From positions 1 to 64,000 of the forward strand of contig JAXLNO010000170.1 in assembly GCA_038087875.1 (NCBI GenBank): DNA of 64,000 nt, in the 5' to 3' direction. The position numbers were made by a program, and so were the translations under genes. Source of the DNA: Malacoraja senta. Lineage: Eukaryota. The notes below the pieces were generated by a model. It worked only from the letters and a program-made list of their open reading frames with translations, did not search any database and was not told where the DNA came from. This document shows positions 25,789 through 38,300 of the stretch, piece by piece; positions within the stretch are counted from its first letter, which is position 1, and every line of letters begins with the position of its first letter.

Positions 25789-28700
25789 GATGCTGTTCCT
25801 CCAATTTGTGCTGGGCCTCACTCTGACAATGGAAGAGGATCCATCTTGTGATCACGCTATCCCGAGCCAATAATCAGCCTATCGGGGAACCTCCCTCTCT
25901 GACCAGTCCTGCTCGTTTTTCTGGACCCTCCTTTGAGATCAGAGTGTCGATCAGAAACCATAGTCAGCCCTTCTCCCCCACAGATGCTGCCTGACCTGCT
26001 GAGTTTCTGCAGCATGGATGGATACAAAATGCTGGAGTAACTGGGAAACTGTTAGACAAGTGGACGGGTAGGACAGGTTTGGAGTGATCTCTGGAGAAAA
26101 TGGATCGGGGATGTTTCAGGTCGGGACCCATCTTCAGATCAGAAGCTTTGAGATTCTGCGGCAGTTTCTTTGTCATCATTCAGGTTCAGAAAATCAGTTT
26201 CTGTTTCAAAACTCAATCGACCATCAATCTAACTGGTGATCACGAACAGAGCTTGGAGCAATGGCAAACTGGCGCCCCCTCTGGCAGACGTAAACATTGT
26301 CATTAAAAAGGTGGACACAAAGTGCTGGAGTAACTCAGCAGGTCAGGCAGCATCTCGGAGAACATGGTTAGGATCTGTATAGGAAGGAACTGTAACCCTT
26401 CCTACACAGTTCTCCCCGTGACCTGCGTGGGTTTTCTCCGAGATCTTCGGTTTCCTCCCACACTCCAAAGACGTACAGGCTTGGAATGTGTAAATTGACC
26501 TTAGGGTGTCGGATAGTGTTAGTGCGCGGGGATCGCTGGACGGTGCGGACTCGGTGGGCCGAAGGGCCTGTTTCCACGCTGTATCTCTAAACTAAACTAA
26601 ACTCAGTGGGTCGGGCAGCATCTCTGGAGCAAATAGACAGTCAATGTCGCGGATTAATGATCTTCAGACTAATGATGGTAGGATTTAGACAGTTGGAAAA
26701 ATAAGTAAGAACGGGACAAAGACTAGCAAGTGCTCGGTGGATACAGGTGAGAGGGCCGTAGATGAGTGGACAATGGCTAGAGATGAAATTGAGACAAAAC
26801 GCTGGCAGATAAGGGGAGATGGGGAGTGAAATAGAAAGGCATTTTAAAAGATGCATTTAGAAAAAGTACAAAAGAGACAGGTTGGGAAATTCAAGGAAAT
26901 GTTTACTACAAGGCACGGTGGCGCAGCGGTAGAGTTGTTGCCTCACAGCGCCAGAGACCCAGGTTCGATCCCGACTACGGGTGCTGTTTGTAAGGAATTT
27001 GTACGTTCTCCCCATGACCTGCGTGGGTTTTCTCCGGGGGCTCCGGTTTCCTCCAATACTCTAAAGACGTACAAGTTTGTAGGGTAATGGGCTGAGTATA
27101 AGAAGTGTAGAATGAGCAAAATCATACAGCTATCTGCAGGACAAAATTGTCTGATCAATTTGATAAGCCATAACCACAACACATGCAAGAAGAGTAAAAT
27201 GTCAGGAGGCCACAAGCAAATGTATAAGCAGCAGACACCAACACCTTGAGAAACATACATTGAATTAGATAAGTCTTAAATGGAGACTCAAAGTGCTGGA
27301 GAAGCTCAGCAGGTCAGGCAGAACCTAGTTCATACGTTCTAGGAGCAGAATAAGGCCATTCGGCCCATCATGTCTACTCCATTCAATCATGGCTGATCTA
27401 TCTCTCCCTCTCAACCCCATTCTCCTGCCTTCTGCCCATAACCCCTGACACCTGTACCAATCAAAAAATTGTCAATCTCCGCCTTAAAAATGTCCACTTA
27501 CTTGGTCTCCACTGCCGTCTGTGGCAATGAATTCCACAAATTCACCACCCGCTGACTGAAGCATTTCCTCCTCATCTCCTTTCCAAAGCTGTAAGTGCAG
27601 TTACTTGAAGGCAACAATGTGAATGATAAAAGTGTCGATCTTCGAGAGAACAACAGAGAGGTCTGATCCCCTTTGGGGTGGCACGGTGGCGCAGCGGTAG
27701 AGTTGCTGCCTCACAGCGCCAGAGACCTGACTACGGGTGCTGTCTGTACGGAGTTTGTACGTTCTCCCGTGACCTACGTGGGCTTTCTCCGGATGCTCCG
27801 GTTTCCTCCCAAAGTGAGTTAACCTTCCAAAGATGTATAGGTTTGTAGATTTATTTGGCTTCGGTATAATTGTAAATTGTCCCTAATGTGTGTAGGATGG
27901 TGTTGGTGTGCAGGGATTGCTGGTCGGCCCGAACTCTCAGCATTTTTATGCTGAGAGAATGGAGCAGCTGGGCTTGTACACTCTGGAGTTTCGAAGGATG
28001 AGAGGGAATCTCATTGAAACATATCAGATTGTTAAGGGCTTGGACACGCTCGAGTCAGGAAACATGTTCCCGATGTTGGGGGAGTCCAGAACCAGGGGCC
28101 ACAGTTTAAGAATAAGGAGTAAGCCATTTAGAACGGAGATGAGGAAACACTTTTTTCTCACAGAGAGTTGTGAGTCTGTGGAATTCTGTGGCAGTGGAGG
28201 CCAATTCTCTGGATGCTTTCAAGAGAGAGCTAGATAGGGCTCTTAAAAATAGCAGTCAGGGGATATAGGGAGAAGGCAGGAATGGGAACTGATTGGGGAT
28301 GATCAGCCATGATCACATTGAATGGCAGTGCTGGCTCGAAGGGCCGAATGGCCTACTCCTGCATCTATTGTCTATTGTCTATTGACTCGGTGGGCCGATG
28401 GGTCTGTTTCTGTGCTGTATCGCTAAACTAAATTAAACTAAAAGAAGGAAGACTGTGCAAACAAACAAGAATTAGTGCACAAAACAAATAGATAACAAAA
28501 CAGTCCATGGTAGTGCAGGAGGTGATCTGTGGTGATCCTTTGCAAGGTAGGATTAGGGTTGTACAAGTCAGTTCAAGAACCTGCTGGTTGTAGGAAAGTA
28601 TCTATTCGTGAACCTGGTGGTGTGGGCCTCAGGCTTCTGTGCCTCCTGCCCAATGGTAGCAGTGAGATCTATTCCCCATGAGATGTATAGATCGGGCAGA

Positions 28701-28949
28701 AAGCACACAGAATCTCTTGAGAATGAGAGGACATGGGTTTAAGGGGAGGGGGGGGGGGGAGATTTAATAAGGATCTTGAGGGGTAATTTTTTTTACACAA
28801 AGGATTGAATTGAGTTGAATGGAATACTTTATTGTCACATGTGACAAGTCACAGCAAAATTCTTCGTTTGCGTACCCAAGGTATGCAAATAGTCGCTAGA
28901 TTAAGGGCGCTTACCAAGTGACAAATTCTCCCCCTCCCTCTACTCGTCA

Positions 28950-29563
28950 GGTCCCCCCCATTGTTCCTTCCCCCTCCCTCATGGCGATACCGCCACACCG
29001 GGTCATTCATTGTTCCTTCCCCCTCCCTCACGGCGATACCCCCACACCAGGTCCTTCATTGTTCCTTCTCCCTCCCTCACGGCGATCCCCCCCACACCAG
29101 GTCCTTCATTGTTCCTTCCCCCTCCATCACGGCGATACCGCCACACCGGGTCCTTCATTGTTCCTTCCCTCTCCCTCACGGCGATCCCCCCACACCGGGT
29201 CCTTCATTGTTCCTTCCCCCTCCCTCACAGCGATCCCCCCCACACCGGGTCCTTCATTGTTCCTTCTCCCTCCCTCACGGCGATCCCCCACAGACCGGGT
29301 CCTTCATTGTTCCTTCCCCCTCCCTCACAGCGATCCCCCCCACACCGGGTCCTTCATTGTTCCTTCTCCCTCCCTCACGGCGATCCCCTCCACACCGGGT
29401 CCTTCATTGTTCCTTCCCCCTCCCTCACGGCGATCCCCCACAGACCGGGTCCTTCATTGTTCCTTCCCCCTCCCTCACGGCGATACCCCCACACCAGGTC
29501 CTTCATTGTTCCTTCCCCCTCCCTCACGGCGATCCCCCCCACACCGGGTCCTTCATTGTTCTT
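28950..29563. repeat. ~51-bp GC-rich minisatellite, about 12 copies, within a retroposon 3' region
   Basis: Unit CCGGGTCCTTCATTGTTCCTTCCCCCTCCCTCACGGCGATCCCCCCACA. It follows an inverted retroposon tail at ~28806-28900 (minus-strand AATAAA plus short-repeat tail). Confidence 0.9.
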
Positions 29564-30591
29564 CCCACAGCAGCTGCGTCTTTGTCCTTGTCGGTCAGTC
29601 GGCGCCATCATCGATCGCTGCACCGACCTCTCCAGTATCACCACCAGGTTCTCTCCAGACGCCTCTGTGGCGCTGTCCAGGCCCCAGTAGTGGGCTCCGC
29701 AAACCCAGGGACTGATGGGCGCGGGCTCCGACTTGTATACAAACACAGGGATGTACTGCTGAGGCTCCATAAGGTGCTGGTTAGACCGCATTTGTAATAT
29801 TGTGAGCAATTCTGGGCACCGTATCTGAGGAAGATGTGCTGGGTCTGGAGAGGGTCCAGGGGAGGTTTACAAGAATGATCCCAGGAATGAGTGGGTTAAC
29901 ATATGATGAGCGTTTGTCGGCACTGAGCCTGTACTCGCTGGAGTTTAGAAGAATGAGGGGGGACTTTATTGAAACTTACCGAATATTGCAAAGCTGGATA
30001 GTGTGGAGAGGATGTTTCCACCAGTGGGAGAGTCTAGGACCAGAAGTCACAGCATCAGAATTAAAGGACCTTCTTTTAAGAATGAGACGAGGAGGAATTT
30101 CTTTAGTCAGAGGGTGGTGAATTTGTAGAATTCATTGCTACAGAAGGCTGTGGAGGCCAAGTCAGTGGATATTTTTAAAGCAGGGATAGATAGATTCTTG
30201 ATTAGTATGGGTGTCAGGGGTTATGTGGTGAAGGCAGGAGAATGGGGTTAGGAGAGATAGATCAGCCATGATTGAATGGCGGAGTAGACTTGATGGGCCG
30301 AATGGCCTATTTCTGCTCCTATCACTTATGACCTGAATAGTTTTTCAATTGCAACATCATATTTCATTTGAAACCATGTTATTATGTTGGCTTTGAGTTT
30401 TTACTTTTTTTAGCTATACTGCGTGGGGAAAAGGACCTTCGGTCCACTGAGCACGCTGACCATCGATCACCCGTTCACAATAGTTCTTGTTATTGAGGGG
30501 AGTACAGCGTAGGTTCACCAGGTTAATTCCCAGGTTGGTGGGACTGACAAATGATGAAACAATAGGTCGATTGGGCTTGTATTCACTGGAA

Positions 30592-32305
30592 TAAGCGAGT
30601 TCGGTATTCCGAAAAACGCAATGGATCATGGGATTTGTCATAGGTCATCGTGATAAAGAAAAAGAGAACGAAGCGCTGGCTGTATAAACTGTATAAATTC
30701 TTATCTTTATTCATAATTTATGTGTAAAAATATATTTAAACTGAGGAACGGGGGTGCCAGGTAGCAGGAGAGTGGGGTGTAACAGTGAGAGAGAGAGGGG
30801 GCAGATGCAAGTGGGAGACAGGGCAAGAGACTGGACCAGCGGAGAGACATTCTCAGCAGCTGTGCTGCTGCGTGTATACAATCAATCAATCAATCAATCA
30901 GTTTTATTCATCACATCACAATAAAGTTCAGTGAAATGAATTTGCCAGCAGTGGTACAATCAAAAAAGAACACACAATGCACAATAAAATTTAACACAAA
31001 CATCCACCACAGCATTCTTCACTGTGGTGGAAGGCACAAACTACAGTCAGTCCTCCTCCATTGTTCCCCCGTGGTCGGGGCCATAAACCTCCGCAGTCGC
31101 CGCTGCGGGGGGCCAGATGTACAGGCCCTCTCGTCGGGACGGTAAGTCCTGAATCGCCGCTTCCCTACCAGAAACCGCAGCTTCAGGATGTTGTAGGCCG
31201 CAGGCCAGCAGTCGGAGCTCTTCTCCGGGGATCACCGGCGAGCAATCCCGCTCCGGATGTTAAGTCCACGCCACGCCCCCGGCTAGAAGCTCCACAGACT
31301 GTAACAGTCCATGGGCCAGTGATCGGAGCACTCCCTTCTGGAGACCCCGGCAAGGGCTCGCCCGCTTGGCGAAAAAGTCCACACTGCGCCCGCTGCTGAA
31401 ACTCCGGGCCCGACTCCAGAAAAGGCCGCACCAATCCATGGTGTTAGGCCGCGTGGGAGGCGACATGGAAAAAGTCGCCTCTCTGTGGAGGAGGCGACCG
31501 AAAGCGGTTTCCCCTGCGTTTCATCCGTAGTCAGGATCGAACCCGGGTCTCCGGCCTGCAAGCGCTGTTAAATTGCTACTGGACCGTCCTTGTCCCCTCC
31601 CGAGTGTCCCATCCCTGTCCGGGGTGACCCTGGACTGACGGGACACCGGCCCGGAGCAATGGCACCCTCAGGCTTACAGCCAGCGCTGGGAAGAAGCGCT
31701 AATTCCAGCTCAACTCTGTTCCAACTCCCGAGGAACCTGTTCCCCAACGGGCCGGGGACCATCAGCTACGTCTCGCCTTATCCAGTGGCTGTCGGTTAAC
31801 TCCCTCGGTGCCGGCTCCAGTCATCAACGGGGATACACACAAATGCTGCAGTAACTCAGCGGGTCAGACAGCATCTTTGGAGAAATGGAATGGGTGACGT
31901 TGCGGGTCGAGACCCTTCTCCAGAGATGTTGCCTGACGCGCTGAGTTACTACAGCATTTTGGGCTGTCGGTGAACCGGCGGGACAGGCAGAGTTGAGCTG
32001 GAGTTAGCGCTTCTTACCAGCGCTGGCTTTAAACTTGGGGCCGCCATTGCTCCGGGGCTGGTGTCCCGTCAGTCCAGGGTCACCCCGGACATCTCCGGCC
32101 ACCCCCGGAATGGGATGGGACACTCGGGAGGGGACGGGGACGGTGCAGTAGCAATTCAACACTCTTGCAGCGTCGGAGACCCGGGTCCGATCCTGACTAT
32201 GGATGAAACGCAGGCCTGTATGCACGCAGCAACTCAGCTGCCGAGAATGTTTATCGCCAGTGACCTATGAACTGGGCATGCACCGTCGGAATACCAACTC
32301 GCTTA
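30592..32305. mobile_element. Foldback non-autonomous DNA element with long inverted arms, inserted in CR1
   Basis: Termini TAAGCGAGTTCGGTATTCCGA / TCGGAATACCAACTCGCTTA. Inner arms 30848-30880 + 31513-31718 pair with 31988-32250. The CR1 sequence ctggaa|tttagaagg is split by it. Confidence 0.75.
30881..31512 (-). mobile_element. GC-rich retroposon with (TTGA)n tail nested in the foldback arm
   Basis: (AATC)n at 30880-30900 next to a minus-strand AATAAA. Related 3' ends occur at ~23130-23400, ~32940-33220 and ~41740-41900. Confidence 0.65.
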
Positions 32306-32874
32306 TTTAGAAGGATGAGAGGGCATCTTATAAAAACGTATAAAATTCTTAAGGGATTGGACAGGCTAGATGCAGAAAAAAATGTTCCCGATGTTGGGGG
32401 GAGTCCAGAACCAGGGGTCACAATTTAACAATAAGGGATAGGGCATTTACAACTGAAACTTTTTCACCCAGACAGTAGTGAATCTGTGGATTTCTCTGCC
32501 ACAGAAAGCAGCGGAGGCCAATTCACTGGGCCGTTTTCAAGCGAGAGTTAGATTTAGCTCTTAGGGCTAACGGAATCAAGGGATATGGGAGAAAGCAGGA
32601 ACAGGGTACTGATTGTGGATGATCAGCCATGATCATATTGAATGGCGGTGCTGACTCGAAGGGCCGAATGGCCTATTCCTACTCTTATTGTCTATGTTTC
32701 GATGTTTCTATGTTTTCCCACTTTCGCATAACACACCAAGTGCTAAAATAAATAATATTAACAATACATTGAATGTGTTATTTAAAATTTAATTGATCTA
32801 TAAAATTTTAGTTTAAATAACATGAATAACACTGGGTTACATTCAATTGTATGAAAAGTTGCTATATGAATAAG

Positions 32875-32880
32875 TTTATT
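32875..32880 (-). terminator. Candidate polyadenylation signal of the Ig-5TM gene
   Basis: AATAAA on the minus strand in an AT-rich non-repeat island (~32720-32940), 1.4 kb past the stop codon. Confidence 0.3.
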
Positions 32881-34303
32881 ATAAAGCTATTATGAAGCAT
32901 AAAAATATTGCATCTTTTTTTGGCCAAAAATATATTTCATTCAAGATTCAAGATTCAAGATTCAAGAAGTTTATTGCCATGTCAACAAGTTGATAGGAAT
33001 TTGACTTGCCATGCAGCCACAAATAAAGATTACAACAAAGAATTTAACAACATAAAAACATCCCCCCACAATGGTTCCCACTGTGGGGGAAGGCAGCAAA
33101 GTCCAGTCCCATCCCCAGTTCACCCATAGTCGGGGCCTATTGAGGCCTCTGCAGTCGCCGATACGGCAGCCCGATGCCTCAGGCCCTCTCGCCGGATGAT
33201 GAAGCTCCGGCGTCGGGTGAACACTCTCATAATATCGACACATCTTTTCCTTCATTTCTTGCACCATAAATTTACTAAGTTGTTTCACAATGCAACAAAC
33301 ACTGATTAGAGTTTAAGAGTTCAGAGTTCAGAGTTCAGACATGGACCACAGAAACAGGCCCTTCGGCCCTCCAAGTCCGCGCCTACCAGCGATCACACCC
33401 CACACACACTATCACCAGAAGCTGTGCCAAACACAATGCCCTCACACTGGCAAGGCTCACATTTAAATTAAATGTCTAGCAGCAGGTTACTGAGGTACGG
33501 TGGCGCAGCGGTAGAATTGCTGCCTCACAGCCCCAGAGACCCGGGTTCGATCCTGACTACGGGTGTTGTCTGTACGGAGTTTGTACGTTTTCCCCGGGTT
33601 TTCTCCGGGTGCCCCGATTTCCTTCCACACTCTAAAGATGTGCAGGTTTGCAGGTCAATTGGCTTAGTTTGATTGTAAATTGTTGTTAGTGCGTGTAGGA
33701 TAGTGTTACTGTGCGGGGATGTAAATTGTTGTTAGTGTGTGGGGGATAGTGTTAGTGTGCAAAGATGTGCAGGTTTTTAGGTTAATTGGCTTAGTATAAA
33801 TGAAAATTGTCTGTTGTGTGTGTACGTTAGTGTTAGTGCGCGGGGATCGTTGGTCGGCGCGGACTCGGTGGGCCGAAAGGGTGTTGGGTGTATGGAACAA
33901 GCTGCCTGAGGAGGTAGTTGAGGCTGGGACTATCCCAACGTTTAAGAAACAGTTGGACTGCTACATGGATAGGACAGGTTTGGAGGGATTTGGGCCAAAC
34001 GCAGGCAGGTGGGACTAGTGTAGCTGGGACTTGTTGGCCGGTGTGGGCAAGGTGAGCTGAAGGGCCTGTTTCCATACTGTATCACTCTATGACTGTATAG
34101 ATGTTGATGTATTGTAGAGAGATAAATGAATGAAAGATATGCAAAAAAGTACCTTTAAACTAAACTAAACTGAACTAAATTAATACTGTTTGAATAGCAG
34201 CAGGAAGGCATCAAAGCTCCAATTTATGCATCAGTTATTGTTACAATGGCTCTGCTTTTCCCAGTGGAGAGATAGCGATCCATGCCACGAAGGCTCAAAG
34301 ATT

Positions 34304-34354
34304 TCAGTTGCCAGCCTCATCTTCAGGGTTGATGTTGTTCAATTGCATCTCTTC
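34304..34354 (-). CDS. Ig-5TM gene terminal coding exon
   Basis: Acceptor tatttatttcag. Encodes EEMQLNNINPEDEAGN then TGA (34306-34304), in phase with the preceding exon. Confidence 0.7.
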   Translation of the reverse strand, partial: EEMQLNNINPEDEAGN

Positions 34355-35298
34355 CTGAAATAAATACAATGCACTTGTAACATGCAATAACGGGATATCA
34401 CCACAGAAACTTTAGACTTTAGAGATATAGTGCGGAAACAAGCCCTTCAGCCCACCGAGTACCGATCACCCCGTACACTAACACGATCCTACAGTTAGTA
34501 TCTGTGGAGGGAGATGGACAGATGACGTTTCGGGGCGCGACACATCCAAACGTCGCCTGTCCATCTCCATCCATGGATGCTGCCCGACCTGTCGAGTTGC
34601 TCCAGCACTTTGGGCGACATGGGTGGCGCAGCGGTAGAGTTGCTGCCTGAAGGGCCTGTCCCACTTAGGCGACTTTTTAGGCGAGTGCAGGATATCTGCG
34701 CTCGCCTCATGATCGCCACATGGTCACCACATGTTCTCTGGTGGTCTCTGGTGAGTCTCCTTCATGGTCGCGAGGAGTTCCCGCATTCTGGGAACCGGTC
34801 GTGGCCTCACTATGGTCACCGCAAATTTTTCAACATGTTGAAACATTTTCTGCGACCAGAAATTGGTCGCCATGGAGAAAATCGATAATCCTGTAGTCGT
34901 TGGTGTAGTTGTAGTGGGGTCGCCATCTAGTTATGGGTAGTCAAGGTAGTCGTAGGTAGTTTTAGTTAATCGCCTTTGTTGACCGGGCATTTTCATTGGC
35001 TCATTGGGGGAAAAAAACGTCAGCACGAGTTTTCAGAACCAAGGATAACTGACCAGTAATGTTAAATGGCTGCCGAACTTCACAGCTGTGTATCTGGCTT
35101 ATTAAAAGTTGTCTGGATTCTTAAAAGTGTCTCCACTCGTTCTCCCTTCCCCCCCCCCCCCCTCCCCTTTTAATGGACACACCGGACACTGTGCTAGTCG
35201 TCTTAACCTACCTGTTCATCGCGGTGTGTCTGTATCACCTTGGCTTTGCACCGTGAATTTGAGACAGCGCTCCCCCGCTTTCCCTGGCCTCTGCCTTT

Positions 35299-35396
<98 letters not shown>

Positions 35397-38300
35397 TGCG
35401 TGCGTGCGTGCGTGCGTGCATGTGTGTGTGTGTGCGCGCGCGCGCTCGCTCCAGTTCCCGGTTTTTCAGGCGAGTGCTGCGAACTTGACAGTCGCCGGCA
35501 GTCCGCTGAAAAATCACCTAAGTGGGACAGGCCCTTTACAGCACTTGCAGCGCCAGAGTCCTGGGTTCCATCCTGACTAGGGGTGCTGTCTGTACGGAGT
35601 TTGTATGTTCTCCCCGTGACCTGCGTGGGTTCTGTCCGAAATCTTCCCAAAGCAAACAGAGATAAAATGTAACCAGTGGACAGTCAGACTGGTCGGAAAA
35701 CTAGGAAGGGGGAGGGATGGAGAGAGAGGGAAAGCAATTGTTATCTCTGTTTGCTTTGTTGTCACCTTCTCCTAACTAACAATGATCTATTCTACATTCT
35801 CCTTGAACCACATCTCTTTTGACGTCTCGTTTTCACACCTTACCCTTCCTTCTCTCTGTATCTCCCTCTCCCCTGACTCTCAGTCTGAAGTAGAGTTTCG
35901 ACCCAAAACGTCACCTGTTCCTTCTCTCCAGAGATGCTGCCCATCCCGCTGAGTTACTCCAGCATTTTGTGTACATTTTCGGTATAAACCAGCACCTGCA
36001 GTTCCTTCCTACACATAACCGTACCCCTGTGTTGGTCAATAGCACAGATTAAAAGCCCACTAAAGTTTTAGAAACATAGAAAGTAGGTGCAGGAGTAGGC
36101 CACTTGGCCCTTTGAGCCAGCACCACCATTCACAATATGATCATGGCTGATCATCCAAAATCAGTACCCTGTTCCTGCTTTCTCCCCAAAGCCCTTGATT
36201 TCGTTAGCCCTAAGAGCTAAATCTAACTCTCTCTTGAAAACATCCAGTGAATTGGCCTCCACGGCCTTCTGTGGCAGAGAATTCCACAGATTGACAACTC
36301 TTTGGGTGAAACCGTTTTTCCTCATCTCTGTCCAAAATGGCCGACCCCTTATTCTTAAACTGTGGCCCCTGGTTCTGGGCTCCCCCAACATGGGAAACAT
36401 TTTGCTCTGTAAACGTGTGACATTATACGCTCATATTAAATCAACATTAGACCTAAGTTAAATACCTACAACAATTTCTCTGGAACATCGGAGGTTGAGG
36501 GGAGACTGGATAGAAATATATAAAATGATGAGGCGTGGATAGGTTGGGTAGACAGACAGAACCTTTTTACCCAGGGTTGAAATGTCCAACATGGCTTTAA
36601 GGTGAGAGGGGGAATGTTTAATGGAGATGTGCGGGACAAGTTTTTTTCCACAGAAGGTGGTTGGTGCCTGGACCGCGCTGCCAGGGGTGGTGATGAAGGC
36701 AGATACGATAGTGGCGTTTAAGAGGCTTTTGGATAGGGACATGGAATTGCAGGGATTGGAGCGATAAGGATCACGTGCAGCAGAGGAGATCAGTTTAACT
36801 TGGCATCATGTCCAGCATGGATATTGTGGGCTGAAGGGCCTGTTCCTGTGCTGTACTGTTCTATGTTCTATTGAGTTAACAGCAGTTAATTACCGGTTGT
36901 TCTTCAATATTTGCTTTATTGTTGGTGTCTTCATTTCCAGCTGTAAAGAAAAACAAGTTTCTTAATTCTTTCACATTGTAAAGCAGAGAGAGGTAGATTC
37001 TTGATTAGTACGGGTGTCAGGGGTTACAGGGAGAAGGCAGGAGAATGGGGTTGGGAGGGAGAGATAAGTCAGCCATGATTGAATGGCAGAGTGGACTTGA
37101 TGGGCCGAATGGCCTAATTCTGCTCCTAGAACCTACAAACAATTCCTTCTCTCCAGAGATGCTGCCTGTCCCGCTGAGTTACTCCAGTGTCTATTTTCGG
37201 TGGCCTAATTCTGCTTCTATCACTTATGACCTTATGATGACTATTGCGTTTGTCCACTTAGTTTGAGATCTCCCAGGGAATTTTGAACGAGTGTAGGATC
37301 TCCACATAGAACGGGAGGAACAGTAGAACAAGGGAGTGTTGTAGAATAGATGGAGCAAGAGGTACAAGTAAATAATTCCCTGATAGTGGCATTACAGGCA
37401 AACATGGTGGTGAAGAAGCCTTTGGCCTTCATCGACTGGACAGACAACATGTCAGGTGAAGACCCTTCTTGACATTGAAGCCCAGACCATCTCTGGTTGA
37501 GGAGCGTTGTAGCGCAGAGGGATCTTGGAGTACAGGTATATAGTTCTTCCAGAAGGACACAAAAAGCTGGGGTAACTCAGCGGGACAGGCAGCATCTCTG
37601 GAGAGAAGGGATGGGTGATGTTTCGGGGTGTGACCCTTCTTCTGAAGGACCCCTTCGTCTGAAGAAGGGTCTCGACCCGAAACGTTGCCCATTCCTTCTC
37701 TCCAGAGATCCTCCCTGACCCGCTAAGTTACTCCAGCTTTTTGCGTCTATCTTTGGTTTTTAAACCATCATCTGCAGTTCCTTCCTACACATATAGTTCT
37801 TGCAGTATTGGATCTAGGAACATAGGTATATAGTGTGAGGCAGAGGTTCACTTGCACCTCCTCCAACCTCATCGATTGTATCTGTTGTTCAAGATGTGGA
37901 CTGCTATATATCAATAGACAATACACAATAGACAATAGGTGCAGGAGTAGGCCATTCGGCCCTTCGAGCCAGAACCGCCATTCAATGTGATCATGGCTGA
38001 TCATCCACAATCAGTACCCCGTTCCTGCCTTCTCCCCATATCCCCTGACTCCGCTGACTCTGCTATTGGCGAGACCAAGCGCAGGCTCGGCGATCGTTTC
38101 GCTGAACACCTCCGCTCAGTCCGCCTGGACCTACCTGATCTCCCGGTTGCCAAACACTTTAACTCCCCCTCCCATTCCCACACTGACCTTTCTGTCCTGG
38201 GCCTCCTCCACTGTCAGAGTGAGGCCCAGCGCTAATTGGAGGAACAACACCTCATATTTCGCTTGGGCAGCTTACACCCCAGCGGTATGAACATTGACTT

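Noticed and set aside
28918..29797. Long Pro/Ser/His-rich ORFs in three frames
   Set aside because: They are translations of a stop-free ~51-bp minisatellite; no splice or domain support.
35109..35650. (CV)n and (TH)n ORFs
   Set aside because: They come from the (TG)n microsatellite inside a MITE.
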